Assembly: GCA_965202665.1 (NCBI GenBank)
Contig: OZ241841.1
Location: 1,216,001 to 1,280,000 of the forward strand
Source: Candidatus Spongiisociaceae bacterium
Lineage (GTDB): Bacteria; Actinomycetota; Acidimicrobiia; Spongiisociales; Spongiisociaceae
DNA: 64,000 bases
Reading direction: 5' to 3'
This document shows positions 49,688 through 60,071 of this stretch, in pieces. The translations under genes and the position numbers were made by a program. The notes under the pieces were generated by a model. It was not told the DNA's origin and searched no databases. It worked only from the letters and a program-made list of their open reading frames with translations. How positions within the stretch are numbered: position 1 is the first letter of the stretch; every line of letters starts with the position of its first letter.

Positions 49688-50686
49688 TCAGCTTCCCAGG
49701 CGGTCGGTCAAAAACCGTATCAGGTTGCCGCCCATAACCCGGCGGGCTGCGTCTTCGCCCAAACGTTCCGCTAAAGCCTCCCCCGTCGCCGGATAGTCGC
49801 GGGCCGACCGCAGTTCCGGTATCACCGGGATCTTCTCCACCAAAAACCCTTCGCTGATGGGGTCCACGATGGGCATCAGGTCATCGATGAAATCCGCCCC
49901 CAAGCCGACCGCCTCCGGGCCGATGACCTCCGTCGCATGGGCGATGTGATCCACGTAGTCGGGGAGGGACGGTTGGGCGCTCAGGAACCCTCCGAAAGCG
50001 TTGGCGCACACTATTCCGCCGGTGGCGGCCACCTCCCGCAGTTGCCCGTCGGTCAAGTTGCGGGGGTGATCGTACAAGTCCCGGCAGGAAGAATGGGTGG
50101 CCATAATCGGGGCTTGGGCTACTTGCAGCACATCCCGCAACCCGGCGTCGGACAGGTGGCTTACGTCCGCCGTTATCCCGCAACGTTCAAACTCGGAGAC
50201 CGCCCGGCGCCCCAGGGAAGTCAGTCCGCCGCCGGTGGCCCGCTCCCCCACTCCGTCGGCCATCATCGTACGGCGGTTCCAAGTCAGGGAAGCGATGCGC
50301 ACTCCCAGCCGGGCCATGCCGTCCACCAGTCCCAAATCGGCCCCGAAAGGCTCGCCGCCCTCCAAAGCCAGCACCAGGGCCATCCGCCCCGAGCCGACAA
50401 CGGCTTGTATTTCATCTCCGGTTTCGACGATGGCGACATCGGAGGAGTGCAGGTCGGCCATCCAACGGGCCGTTTCCATAATCACCATCGCCCGGCGCAG
50501 GGCGTCGCCCCCGACGAACTCCTCCTCGGTGTAGATGGGAAGCACTTGCAGGACCACCCCGCCGTCCCGCAACTGCGGCAACCAGAAATCGCCGAACGGG
50601 TCGGAGAAACCGCGCCGGCGCTGGTGCTCCACCGCCAACAGCAGATCGTTGTGGGCGTCGGCTACCGGAAAGGCGGGGGCGGCCAT
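49688..50686 (-). CDS. Membrane dipeptidase (peptidase M19) family
   Basis: DAHNDL, LEG, LTWN, DVSHLS, ATHSS, HPRNLTD, GLGADF. Confidence 0.9.
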   Translation of the reverse strand: MAAPAFPVADAHNDLLLAVEHQRRRGFSDPFGDFWLPQLRDGGVVLQVLPIYTEEEFVGGDALRRAMVIMETARWMADLHSSDVAIVETGDEIQAVVGSGRMALVLALEGGEPFGADLGLVDGMARLGVRIASLTWNRRTMMADGVGERATGGGLTSLGRRAVSEFERCGITADVSHLSDAGLRDVLQVAQAPIMATHSSCRDLYDHPRNLTDGQLREVAATGGIVCANAFGGFLSAQPSLPDYVDHIAHATEVIGPEAVGLGADFIDDLMPIVDPISEGFLVEKIPVIPELRSARDYPATGEALAERLGEDAARRVMGGNLIRFLTDRLGS

Positions 50687-50688
50687 GT

Positions 50689-52236
50689 TCAAGAACCCAA
50701 CCGGCCGGCCGCCTTCACCTGCACCCGGCAACCGCCGCCCGGAATGTAGGTCATCGGCACCTCCGTCACCGACGTCACCCGCACATGGTCCGGGTCGGCC
50801 CCCGCCTGCACGGCCGCCGCCTTCGCCTCGGCGCGGGCCTCGGCCAGGCATTCCTCCCGGCTGGACGAATCGTACTGGTAAACCCGATCCACCGTTCCCG
50901 AGGCTTCGGCGATGGCCGCGCCGAAAGCGTTGGCCACCGGATAATGGTCGGGCCGGACCACCTCGGAAGCCCCGGTCACCCGCTCCGGCACCAGATGGGC
51001 CCCGCCCCCCACCGCCAGCAGGGGCATTGGTTCCCGGCTGGCTTTCATCCGCTCGCAACGGGCGGCCAGCTGCTCGTCCACCCAGCGCAGGGCCCCGGTC
51101 ACCGCCGCCGGGTCGGCGTCGGCGACCAAAGCGGGATCGCCGAAACCGGACAAACGTCCGCCCGCCACCGAAACATCGGACAAGGTCAAAGTGGAGCCGC
51201 CGCACACCAGGGCCTCTTCGGTGACCCGGTAACCCACCGAATCGGGCCCCACCGACACCCCGTCCTCCCCGGGGCGGACGATGGTCCCCCCGCCCAAACC
51301 GATGGAAATCAGGTCGGGCATGCGGAAGTTGGTGCGCACCCCGCCCACATAGACGGCGGTGGCCGACTCCCGGGGGAAGCCGTCCACCAGAATGCCGATG
51401 TCGGTGGAAGTCCCGCCCACGTCCACCACCAAGGCGTCGGTCAGGCCGGCCAAAGAGCAGGCCCCCCGCATGGAGTTGGTGGGACCGGAACCCAAAGACA
51501 GCACCGGCATCTCCAACGCGCGGTCGGCGGTCATCAAAGTTCCGTCGTTTTGGGTGATGTAGGCCATGGCGTCGATGCCGTGTCGGCGCAAAGCGCGGCG
51601 GAACCCGTCCACCACCCTCCGGGCCACCCCCAGCAGGGCGGCGTTGAGCATGGTGGCGTTCTCCCGCTCCAACAGGCCCAGGGTGCCCACCCGGTGGCTT
51701 AGGGAAACCGGAAAATCATCCCCCGCTTCTTCAACCAGGAATGCGGCGGCGCGCAGTTCATGTTCGTAGTTGGCGGGGCTGAAAGCGCAGGACACGGCCG
51801 CCGCGTCCGCGGTCCCGGCCGCCAAGTTGGCGAAGCGGCGCACCGCCGACTCGTCCAGTTCGGCGATCACCCGCCCGTCGTATTCGTAGCCGCCTTCGAT
51901 GATTTCCTCGGCGACGATCACCGCCGACCGCAGGTCGTCCGGCCAGTCGGCCCCGGGGGGGACGGCCAGCGACGACGGGGCCGCCAAGCGCAGAATCGCC
52001 ACTTTCCCCAAGCCCCGGCGCTGGATGATGGCGTTGGCGGAATGGGTGGTGCCCAGCATGGCCTTGCCCACCTCGGACAAATCCGCCTCCCGTCCCACCG
52101 CGGCCATGGCGGCGCTGATCCCGTCCAGCGGATCCTCGGTGGTGGGGGCCTTGTGCGTGGCCCGCACCCGGCCCTCCTCGTCCACCAGCACCGCGTCGGT
52201 GTTGGTCCCCCCTACGTCGATTCCCATTCGCAGCAT
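50689..52236 (-). CDS. Hydantoinase/oxoprolinase-family protein (DUF917-associated type)
   Basis: GIDVGGTNTD, GLLERENAT.LNA, SGPTNSMRGA, GGVRTNFRMPD; ATG overlaps the upstream TAA. Confidence 0.88.
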   Translation of the reverse strand: MLRMGIDVGGTNTDAVLVDEEGRVRATHKAPTTEDPLDGISAAMAAVGREADLSEVGKAMLGTTHSANAIIQRRGLGKVAILRLAAPSSLAVPPGADWPDDLRSAVIVAEEIIEGGYEYDGRVIAELDESAVRRFANLAAGTADAAAVSCAFSPANYEHELRAAAFLVEEAGDDFPVSLSHRVGTLGLLERENATMLNAALLGVARRVVDGFRRALRRHGIDAMAYITQNDGTLMTADRALEMPVLSLGSGPTNSMRGACSLAGLTDALVVDVGGTSTDIGILVDGFPRESATAVYVGGVRTNFRMPDLISIGLGGGTIVRPGEDGVSVGPDSVGYRVTEEALVCGGSTLTLSDVSVAGGRLSGFGDPALVADADPAAVTGALRWVDEQLAARCERMKASREPMPLLAVGGGAHLVPERVTGASEVVRPDHYPVANAFGAAIAEASGTVDRVYQYDSSSREECLAEARAEAKAAAVQAGADPDHVRVTSVTEVPMTYIPGGGCRVQVKAAGRLGS

Positions 52237-53303
52237 TACGCACCAAGCCTTTTGTATTCGAGGTCGTATCCGAACGCCCTTGGTCCTACCAGTTCCAACA
52301 TTCCCTCCCGATGCCATTCCGGGGCGCACGGCATGGCCACCACGTTCACCCGTTGCCCGTAAGTGAGGGTTTCGGTGGTGATGGGGGTGGCGGTTTCGGC
52401 GTCCAGAATGCATATCAGGTCGGGGGAGGTGACCACCGGTTCGCCGTCCCGGAAAGCCACCAGAAACTCGTTCTGTATTCCGACTTTCATTACGCTGTCC
52501 GACCCGTCCCGGGCTTCGATGGTCACCGTCCCTTTGGCGAACCCTTCGGTGGTGCGCCGCTCCACATCGACGATGGTGCCGGAGAAGACGATGCGTCCTT
52601 CGGCGAACTCCAAAAACCGGTCGTAGGCCCCCGCCTCCCCCTGTTGCACCGCCGACAGCCTCCTCCCCAACTCGGTGCAGTAGGAGACCGAGCCGATGAT
52701 GGCGTGTTCGGCTACTTCACCGGCGGTCATGGTGTAGGAGGCCATGGCGTTGGCCAACGTGAGGGACATCACCGCCCCCCGCACCAGAATCTCCCCTAGT
52801 TGGTTGGTGTTGGTTTCAAACACGCACAGGTTGCCTTTTTCGTCGGCCACCGCCATCGGGGAGGCGGAAATGCCCGCCAAGGTGAAGATGGTCATCTCGA
52901 TCTGGGGGAAGGCCCGCCGCATCCCGTCGGCGTCCACCACCGGCAACCCCATCTCCACGGCGGTTGCCAAAGGGAGCAACGTGTTCAACCCGCCCACTTC
53001 GATGGGCATCAAAGCGGCCGGTTCCCGGCCCAGATAGGAGGACAAAGCCTTGACGGAGGTCGTAAACTCGGTGCCGGCCGGTATCTTCTCCAACAGGACG
53101 GTGGGGGCCCCCACCACGGCGGTGGTCATCACCAGCCCGTCGGGGGGCAGTTCGCCGGCTTCTATCACCCTCACCGGCCCGTAACGGCTGATGGCCCCGC
53201 GCAACATCAGCCGGGCCACGTAGGGGTCGCCGCCCCCCCCGGTGCCCAGCAACGTGGCCCCCAAGGCCAGGTCGTCCACTTGATCCAACGTCAGTTCCCT
53301 CAT
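52236..53303 (-). CDS. DUF917-family protein
   Basis: GATLLGTGGGGDP, EVGGLN, VDADGMRRAFP, QNEFL, PDLI. Confidence 0.87.
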   Translation of the reverse strand: MRELTLDQVDDLALGATLLGTGGGGDPYVARLMLRGAISRYGPVRVIEAGELPPDGLVMTTAVVGAPTVLLEKIPAGTEFTTSVKALSSYLGREPAALMPIEVGGLNTLLPLATAVEMGLPVVDADGMRRAFPQIEMTIFTLAGISASPMAVADEKGNLCVFETNTNQLGEILVRGAVMSLTLANAMASYTMTAGEVAEHAIIGSVSYCTELGRRLSAVQQGEAGAYDRFLEFAEGRIVFSGTIVDVERRTTEGFAKGTVTIEARDGSDSVMKVGIQNEFLVAFRDGEPVVTSPDLICILDAETATPITTETLTYGQRVNVVAMPCAPEWHREGMLELVGPRAFGYDLEYKRLGA

Positions 53304-54278
53304 CTAGGCCCTCCGGCTTCTCGTCCAGTTGTCGGCGGTCACGGCCAACACAATCGCCCCTCCCTGTATCAGACGCCGGATAATCGGATCTATCTGCAAC
53401 AGGTTAAACCCGTTGATGATCAGGGCGATGAAAAAAGCCCCGAACAGGGTGCGCCAAATGGCGCCCTCCCCCCCGGCGATGGAAGTGCCGCCCACGATCA
53501 CCGCGGTCAGCACCGCGAACACGAAAGTGAAGTCGTCGTGGGGCTGGCCCACCAAAGTGCGGGAAGCGGACAGGGCCCCGGCCAAACCGGTGGCCGCCCC
53601 GGTCAGCGCGAAAGTGAGCAAGGTCACCATGTTCACCCGGATTCCGGCCAGGCGGGCCGCCTCCGGGTTGCCCCCGGCGGCGTAAATGTGGCGGCCGAAA
53701 CGGGTGCGGGACAGCATAATCCAAAACACGGCCACCACCACCGCCGCAATCCAGGTGGCTTTGGTGATGCCGAAAATGCGCCCGCGGGCGATGTTGGAAA
53801 ATTCGATGGCCTCCACCCGCACGATGCTGCGGTTGCTTATCAAAAAAGCCACCCCGTAAAACACGAAAGAGGTGGCCAAAGTGGCGATGAAAGAGTTGAT
53901 GCGCCCCCAGGCCACAATTCCGCCGTTGATGACTCCGAACAGGGAACTGACGGCGATGCCGGCCAGCAAAGCCAACTGCCAGGAGCCGGTGGCGTTCATG
54001 GTGAGGGCGGTGGCGATGCCGGCGTTGATGAAAGAGGCGGACAGGGAAATGTCGAAGTTGCCTCCGATGAGGGTGAGTGTCATGGCGGAACCGGCGATCA
54101 GGAAAAAAGCCTGCTGATCGAGGATGTTGCGCAGGTTGGCGGGGGTGAAAAAGGCGTCGGCGGTGAGAGACAGCAAAATGAAGATGAGAAGGGTCACCCA
54201 GATGATCCCGTAGTCGGCCAGGAGGGCCCATCCCCGGCTGCGGGAGGAAGGGGGGCTTTCCAGCATTTTCACCGTCAT
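53304..54278 (-). CDS. CUT2-type (RbsC-like) ABC permease
   Basis: GNFDISL, INSFIATLA, GGNPEAARLAGI, AVIVGGTSIAGGEG. Confidence 0.9.
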   Translation of the reverse strand: MTVKMLESPPSSRSRGWALLADYGIIWVTLLIFILLSLTADAFFTPANLRNILDQQAFFLIAGSAMTLTLIGGNFDISLSASFINAGIATALTMNATGSWQLALLAGIAVSSLFGVINGGIVAWGRINSFIATLATSFVFYGVAFLISNRSIVRVEAIEFSNIARGRIFGITKATWIAAVVVAVFWIMLSRTRFGRHIYAAGGNPEAARLAGIRVNMVTLLTFALTGAATGLAGALSASRTLVGQPHDDFTFVFAVLTAVIVGGTSIAGGEGAIWRTLFGAFFIALIINGFNLLQIDPIIRRLIQGGAIVLAVTADNWTRSRRA

Positions 54279-55795
54279 TGGGCGCCTCCGAAAGCCAGGG
54301 CCATCACCGACGACTCCGTGGCCTCCCCGCCCGGTTCCTCCCCCGCCAACCGGCCGTTGCGCATCACCAGCACCCGGTGGGCCAGCCCCAGCACCTCTTC
54401 TATTTCGGAGGAAACCAGGAGCACCGCCATCCCGTCGGCGGCCAAACCGGCCAGCAGGTCGTAGATGCCCCGCTTGGCCCCCACATCAACCCCCCGGGTC
54501 GGTTCATCGGCTACAAAAAGCCGGGGACGGGACACCAGCCAACGTCCGAACAGGGCCTTCTGCTGGTTGCCGCCCGACAACTGGGCCGTCGCCGACTCGA
54601 TGGTGGCCCCGGTGAGGCGCACGGTGCGGGCCGCCTCCTCGGCGGCCGCCGTTTCCGGGCGGGAACGGATCAACCCCCCCGGGGTTGTGAAGCGGGACAG
54701 GTGGGCCAAAGTCATATTGGCCCGCACCGTCATGCGGGACAGCAACCCCTGCGCGGCGCGGGATTCGGGAACCATCGCCACCCCGGCCCGGATGGCCTGC
54801 CGCGGGGAGGCGGGGGCGTAAGGGCGGCCGTCCAAAGTCATGCGCCCGGCGGTGGCCCGGTCGGCCCCGAAAATGACCCGCGCCAGTTCGGAGCGGCCCG
54901 AACCGACCAGGCCCGCCAAGATGACGATTTCCCCTTCCCTGACTTGGAAAGTGGCTTCGGCGAAAGCCCCCTCCCGGCCCAGGTTCTCCACCTCCAGCAC
55001 CGGCGGGGCCTGCGGCGGGGGGGAGCGGCGGGGCGGGAAAACGGCGTCCAGGCTGCGTCCCACGATCCCTTCGATCAGGCTGTCCCGGGTTTCTTCCGCG
55101 GCCGGGGAGGTGCGCACCACCGCCCCGTCCCGCATAATCGTCACCCGGTCGGCGATGGCCAGCACCTCCTCCAAAAAATGGGAGACGTATACCACGGTGA
55201 CCCCCCCGTCGGCCAAGCGCCGCACCGTTTCCCGCAGGCCCCGGGCTTCGGCCGAGGACAGGCGGGCGGTGGGCTCGTCCATTACGATCAGTTTTGCGTT
55301 GCGGGCCAAAGAACGAAGGATCTCCACCTTCTGCTGGTCGGCCACCGACAGGCGGCTCACCGGCAGGTCGGGATGGACTTCTATTCCGTATTCTTCCGCT
55401 AAGCGGGCGAAGCGGTCCCGGTCCCGCCCGGCGGCGATGAAAGGGCCGCGCCCGCTTTCCATCCCCAAAAAAACGTTGTCTAAAACGGTCCGTTGCGGAA
55501 CCAACGACAACTCCTGGGCCACCATGGTGATGCCCATCTCCAAGGCGCGGCGCGGGGAGCGGAGCTCCGCCGGCCGGCCGTTGACCGACACCGTCCCTTC
55601 GTCGGGGGACAGGGAACCGGCCATGATTTTGCCCAAAGTGCTTTTTCCGGCCCCGTTCTCCCCGACCAGGGCGTGCACCGTCCCGGCCTCCACCGCCGCG
55701 TCCACCGCCCGCAGGGCCACGGCGCCTCCGAAACGTTTGGAGACGCCGCGTACCTCTAGGTGCGGGGGGTTCAAAGCGCCGCTCGGATCATCCAT
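54275..55795 (-). CDS. CUT2-type (RbsA-like) ABC ATP-binding protein
   Basis: GENGAGKST, MDEPT, LSGGNQQK, DEPTRGVDVGAK. Confidence 0.92.
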   Translation of the reverse strand: MDDPSGALNPPHLEVRGVSKRFGGAVALRAVDAAVEAGTVHALVGENGAGKSTLGKIMAGSLSPDEGTVSVNGRPAELRSPRRALEMGITMVAQELSLVPQRTVLDNVFLGMESGRGPFIAAGRDRDRFARLAEEYGIEVHPDLPVSRLSVADQQKVEILRSLARNAKLIVMDEPTARLSSAEARGLRETVRRLADGGVTVVYVSHFLEEVLAIADRVTIMRDGAVVRTSPAAEETRDSLIEGIVGRSLDAVFPPRRSPPPQAPPVLEVENLGREGAFAEATFQVREGEIVILAGLVGSGRSELARVIFGADRATAGRMTLDGRPYAPASPRQAIRAGVAMVPESRAAQGLLSRMTVRANMTLAHLSRFTTPGGLIRSRPETAAAEEAARTVRLTGATIESATAQLSGGNQQKALFGRWLVSRPRLFVADEPTRGVDVGAKRGIYDLLAGLAADGMAVLLVSSEIEEVLGLAHRVLVMRNGRLAGEEPGGEATESSVMALAFGGAQ

Positions 55796-56759
55796 CCCAC
55801 TGGGCGTCGAACTCGTCGGCGTTGTCCTGGGTCATCAGGCCGCGGTTGGGGACGCTCTGCGACGGGTCCACCCCGCCCTGATCCGTCCCGTCCAAAGCGG
55901 CCACCATGGCCTGCATGGCCAACTCGCCTTCCGTGTAGGGGGCTCCGTACAGATTGCCCCACCAACGGCCTTCTTTGACGGCGGTCACCCCGGCCCGGCT
56001 GCCGCCGAAGCCCAGAATGCGCACATCGCCCATACCTTCTTCGTTCAAGGCGATCTCCGCCCCCTGCATGGACTGGTCGGCGCCAACCACCAAGTGAATG
56101 TCGGATTGGGAAACCAGGATGTCCTGCATGGCGGCCAAGCCCACGTCGGGGCCCAGATACTGCCCTTCGGCTTCGGCCACCACGTTGACGGAGGAACCGG
56201 CCACGGTGGCGTCCCAGCCGCCCCGCACCGCCACGTCCAGCGGAATGCCTTTGATGCCGAAGAAATAAACCACGTTGCATGGGTTGAACCCTTCGCAGGC
56301 CATCAGGGTGAGTTCGCCCAGGCGGACGCCCCGCTGATAGGGGGGTTCGAAGACCATGGCCGAAATCCCGTCCACCTGCGGTTCCACCGTGGTGAAGTCC
56401 TCTCCGATCACCTGGTTCAGGCCCACCACTTTGATGCCTTCGCCCACAGCGTCCAAGATGTCGGGAATGTGGGCGGCGCCGCCCAAGGCGGTGATGATGA
56501 TCCCGTCGTAGAGGCCGGTGGCGACCGCGTCTTGGAACTGTTGCACCTGCATGTCGAAGTTGAACTGGGCGTCGAACTCGACCATTTCAATGTTGTTGGC
56601 CGTGGCCACTTCCTCCATGGCGGTGCGGGAGGCGGCCAGCCAGGTGTTGGCCGAAGAAGCCGACAGGTAGGCCACCTGTCGCGGGCTGTCGTCGCCGCCG
56701 CAGGCGATGGCCAACAGCATAAGCGACAGCGCCGCTCCCAGAATCTTGGTGCCTTTCAT
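55788..56759 (-). CDS. Periplasmic-binding-protein type 1 lipoprotein (RbsB-like)
   Basis: Lipobox LAIAC; AGGAGG RBS; first gene of the operon. Confidence 0.85.
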   Translation of the reverse strand: MKGTKILGAALSLMLLAIACGGDDSPRQVAYLSASSANTWLAASRTAMEEVATANNIEMVEFDAQFNFDMQVQQFQDAVATGLYDGIIITALGGAAHIPDILDAVGEGIKVVGLNQVIGEDFTTVEPQVDGISAMVFEPPYQRGVRLGELTLMACEGFNPCNVVYFFGIKGIPLDVAVRGGWDATVAGSSVNVVAEAEGQYLGPDVGLAAMQDILVSQSDIHLVVGADQSMQGAEIALNEEGMGDVRILGFGGSRAGVTAVKEGRWWGNLYGAPYTEGELAMQAMVAALDGTDQGGVDPSQSVPNRGLMTQDNADEFDAQWDG

Positions 56760-56956
56760 ACTTTCCTCCTTTATTGTGGTTCAAGGGGTTGCCGTAAGTT
56801 GCCAACTTGTTAGCCAACACTTTACCCGTTTCATACCCGCCGCGCCGAAAAAATCCCGTTTCCTGCTTTAGCGCTACAACTCCATTATGTAGGACCCCAC
56901 CCCCAACCAGCGCAATCCCCCCAACCCCTACTCCCCCTCAAACGCGAAGAAACCGG

Positions 56957-58414
56957 TTAACTGGTGATGGACCAGACCGCGCCGGCGCGGGGCGGAACCG
57001 ACACTCGAACCGCCTCCCCCTCCCGGACGGCGGTTCCCGTCCCCCACGCCCGCTCCCAGTCCCCGGCTTCCTCCGCCAGTTCCGTCGTGGCCGGGTGGCG
57101 GCCTGCGTTCACCGCCGCCATCAGCCGTCGCCCTTCGTACTCCCGCTGAAAAATGTAGAAGTCGCCGCCGGACGGGGCGTGCCGTACCTGATAGACGCCC
57201 CGGCGCAGGGCTGGATGCTCCCGGCGCAGGCGGGCCAGGCTGGTGAAAGTTTCCAGCAGCTCCCGGTTCCAGTCCTGTTCTCTGTCCCAGGGGAAGGAGG
57301 CCCGGCACCCCGGGTCTTTGCCTCCGGTTAGGCCGATTTCATCCCCGTAGAAGATGCAGGGGGCCCCGGGGGAGGCGAACATCAGCAGGGCCGCCAGCCG
57401 CACCGCCTCCGCATCCCCGCCCGCCACCGACAGGATGCGGGCCGTGTCGTGCGACCCCAGCAAGTTGAGATGGGCGGCCAAAGTGTGGGGCGGATAGAGG
57501 TCGGCCAACCCTTGCACGGCGGCCGCGTAACCGGCGGCGTCCATCGGCTCCACCCGGTACTGCAGGCCCTCCGCCGCCTGAGGGTCAACGTTTCCGCCGG
57601 TGGCGAAGGACGTCCCGTAGCCGCACAGGAGATAGTTCATCGTCCCGTCGAACCGTTCCCCGGTGGCCGTCCACCAACTGGCGTCCCCCCAGATTTCCCC
57701 CACCAGGTAGGCTTCCGGGTTGCGGGCCCGCATCCGGCGGCGGAACTCCTCCCAGAACCCTTCGGTTTTGATCTCTTCGGGAACGTCCAACCGCCATCCG
57801 TCAATCCCCTGCTCCATCCAGTATTCGCCCACTTGCATCAGGTATTCCCGAACCTCCGGGTTGTCGGTGTTGAATTCGGGCAGGGCGGGCATGCCCCACC
57901 AGGCCCCGTAGCGGGGAGGGCCGTGCCTTTGGTCGTAGGCGTTGAGCGGGAAGCCGTGGATATGGAACCAGTCCAAGTAGGGGCTGTGCTCGCCCTGTTC
58001 CAGCACGTGGTTGAACTGGAAGAAGCCGCGGGCGGCGTGGTTGAACACTCCGTCCAACACCACCCGTATCCCCCGGTCGCGACAGGCTTTCAGCAGATTT
58101 TGGAAAGCCTCGTCTCCGCCCAGCAACGGTCCCACCCGGTAATAGTCGTGGGTGTGGTAGCGGTGGTTGGCCGTGGACTGGAAAATCGGGTTCAGGTAGA
58201 TGGCGTTGCACCCCAGATCCTGGATCCAATCCAGCCGTTCCATCACCCCGATCAGGTCGCCCCCTTTGAAACCGAACAGGGTCGGTTCGGAATCCCACGG
58301 CTCCAAGCGGTGCGGTTGCGCCACCTTCCCCGACCGGGCGAAGCGGTCCGGGAACACCTGGTAGAAAATCGCATCCGCCGCCCAAGAAGGCGGGCGGTCA
58401 AACGGGGTGGTCAT
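56957..58414 (-). CDS. GH13 alpha-amylase family (neopullulanase/cyclomaltodextrinase-like)
   Basis: FYQVFPDRF, LDGVFNH, DGWRLDV, VGEIW, LGSHDT.R, YGDEIG. Confidence 0.92.
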   Translation of the reverse strand: MTTPFDRPPSWAADAIFYQVFPDRFARSGKVAQPHRLEPWDSEPTLFGFKGGDLIGVMERLDWIQDLGCNAIYLNPIFQSTANHRYHTHDYYRVGPLLGGDEAFQNLLKACRDRGIRVVLDGVFNHAARGFFQFNHVLEQGEHSPYLDWFHIHGFPLNAYDQRHGPPRYGAWWGMPALPEFNTDNPEVREYLMQVGEYWMEQGIDGWRLDVPEEIKTEGFWEEFRRRMRARNPEAYLVGEIWGDASWWTATGERFDGTMNYLLCGYGTSFATGGNVDPQAAEGLQYRVEPMDAAGYAAAVQGLADLYPPHTLAAHLNLLGSHDTARILSVAGGDAEAVRLAALLMFASPGAPCIFYGDEIGLTGGKDPGCRASFPWDREQDWNRELLETFTSLARLRREHPALRRGVYQVRHAPSGGDFYIFQREYEGRRLMAAVNAGRHPATTELAEEAGDWERAWGTGTAVREGEAVRVSVPPRAGAVWSITS

Positions 58415-58660
58415 TTACCTCCTATATGATGAAACAGCCCCGCCTGCCAGACGGGGCCGCCGCCCGGAAAAGTTCCGGGCCCGCCCCCACTATAACGCGA
58501 ACCCCGCCCCGTCCGTTCCAAGCAGGCGTCCAACCAAGAGCGGCGATGCGAACCGGCCGCCCCGCGCAGGTCGGATCGGACGTCGGATTACCCCCCTGGT
58601 AACATACCGGGCGCGAAGTTCCGGCGGCGAACAGCCGTTGCTAGATGAAAGGAAACGCGC

Positions 58661-59506
58661 GTGGACATTTGCGCCCTCCGGAACCGGTTCCGTAAACCGC
58701 GTAACGCCCCCGACCCGGAGGCGGCCGTCGTCATCGACGGCGCCGAGTTCCGGTACGGGAAAGTTCCCGCCCTGCGGGGGGTTTCCGTTTCCATCCCCAA
58801 AGGCGCGGTCGCCGTCGTTCTGGGCTCCAACGGTTCCGGAAAAAGCACTTTGCTGCACGGAATAGCCGGGCTGACGCGGCCCCATTCGGGAACGGTGTCC
58901 GTTGTCGTATCCAGGCGGCGGGCGGCCTACGTGCTCCAAAATACGTCGGTCAACAGGTCGTTGCCTTTGACGTTGGAGGAAGTGGTGCGAATGGGAAGGT
59001 ACTCTGGGATGACGGCGGGCGCCTACCGGGCCGCGGACCGGGCGGCGGTTTCGGAAGCCATGCGCCGCACCGGCGTAACCCATCTGGCGCGCCGGCCGTT
59101 CTCGCATCTGTCAGGAGGGGAAAAGCAACGCGCTCTGCTGGCGCAAGGCTTGTCGGCGCAACCGAAACTGCTACTGCTCGACGAACCGACGACCGGCCTT
59201 GACGTCGCCTCGATAGAACGCATCCACCGGGTGATAGCCGAAGAGAAACGGCAGGGGAACACGACGGTGATGTCCTCGCACAACCTGGACGAAGCCAGGG
59301 AGTCCGACTTTGTCATCCTGCTGGCGGGGGGGAGGGTGGTGGCCGCCGACGCCCCCGGCAAAACGCTAACCGCGGCCAACCTGGCCTCCGCCTACGGGCA
59401 AACTTCCGAACATGTGGACGACCCCTGCCACGAACAGAACCCAGCCCATTTCCACGAACGCTCCATCCACCTGGAAACGGACCCCGCCGCCGTCCATGGG
59501 GATTAA
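58661..59506 (+). CDS. Metal (Zn/Mn) ABC transporter ATP-binding protein
   Basis: GSNGSGKST, LPLT..EVV.MGRY, LSGGEKQR, LDEPTTGLD, His-rich tail. Confidence 0.85.
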   Translation: MDICALRNRFRKPRNAPDPEAAVVIDGAEFRYGKVPALRGVSVSIPKGAVAVVLGSNGSGKSTLLHGIAGLTRPHSGTVSVVVSRRRAAYVLQNTSVNRSLPLTLEEVVRMGRYSGMTAGAYRAADRAAVSEAMRRTGVTHLARRPFSHLSGGEKQRALLAQGLSAQPKLLLLDEPTTGLDVASIERIHRVIAEEKRQGNTTVMSSHNLDEARESDFVILLAGGRVVAADAPGKTLTAANLASAYGQTSEHVDDPCHEQNPAHFHERSIHLETDPAAVHGD

Positions 59507-59542
59507 CCGCAACAGGCGGGGACGGCCCTGGTCGTCGAAGGG

Positions 59543-60007
59543 TTATCGGGTTTCTTCTCCGACCGCCGGCGGGTAACGATCCGGGTCCAACTGGTGGAGG
59601 AACGTCGCGCACCGTATCCGTTCCTCGTTTTCCCCGATCCGCTCCGCCATCCGCCCCAAACCCTCCAAGCAGAGCAGGAAACCCCGGTTGTGGCGATCTT
59701 CCCATTTCACCAGCTGCGCCCCCCGCCAACCGGCGGCCCGCAACGCGTCCAATCCCCGATGGTATCCGACCCGGAAACATGCGTAGGCCCCGATCACGGC
59801 CATCACCGAAGAGTCCGCCTCCGACTCCCACCGCTCCCCCAACGCGGCCCACGCTTGCAGGCAATCCGGGTTGGAAATGGTGATTTTGGCCAACCAGTCC
59901 CGACGCCCGCCCGCCTCGCGGAGCAACCGGGCGGTCATCGCGTCCGGAGGCGGCAGAATCACCCGCCCCGGCCCGTCAACGTTGAAATTAACCTCTTGAA
60001 CGGTCAT
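59543..60007 (-). CDS. DUF3151-family protein
   Basis: AYACFRVGYHRGLDALRAAGWRG....W....NRGFL....IGE.EE..RC..FL..LDP. Confidence 0.85.
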   Translation of the reverse strand: MTVQEVNFNVDGPGRVILPPPDAMTARLLREAGGRRDWLAKITISNPDCLQAWAALGERWESEADSSVMAVIGAYACFRVGYHRGLDALRAAGWRGAQLVKWEDRHNRGFLLCLEGLGRMAERIGENEERIRCATFLHQLDPDRYPPAVGEETR

Positions 60008-60071
60008 TTTCGCCAGCCTACCAACCCAAAACCGCCCCATCCTTTGGGACGCCCCGGCCAAGTACGCCTAG

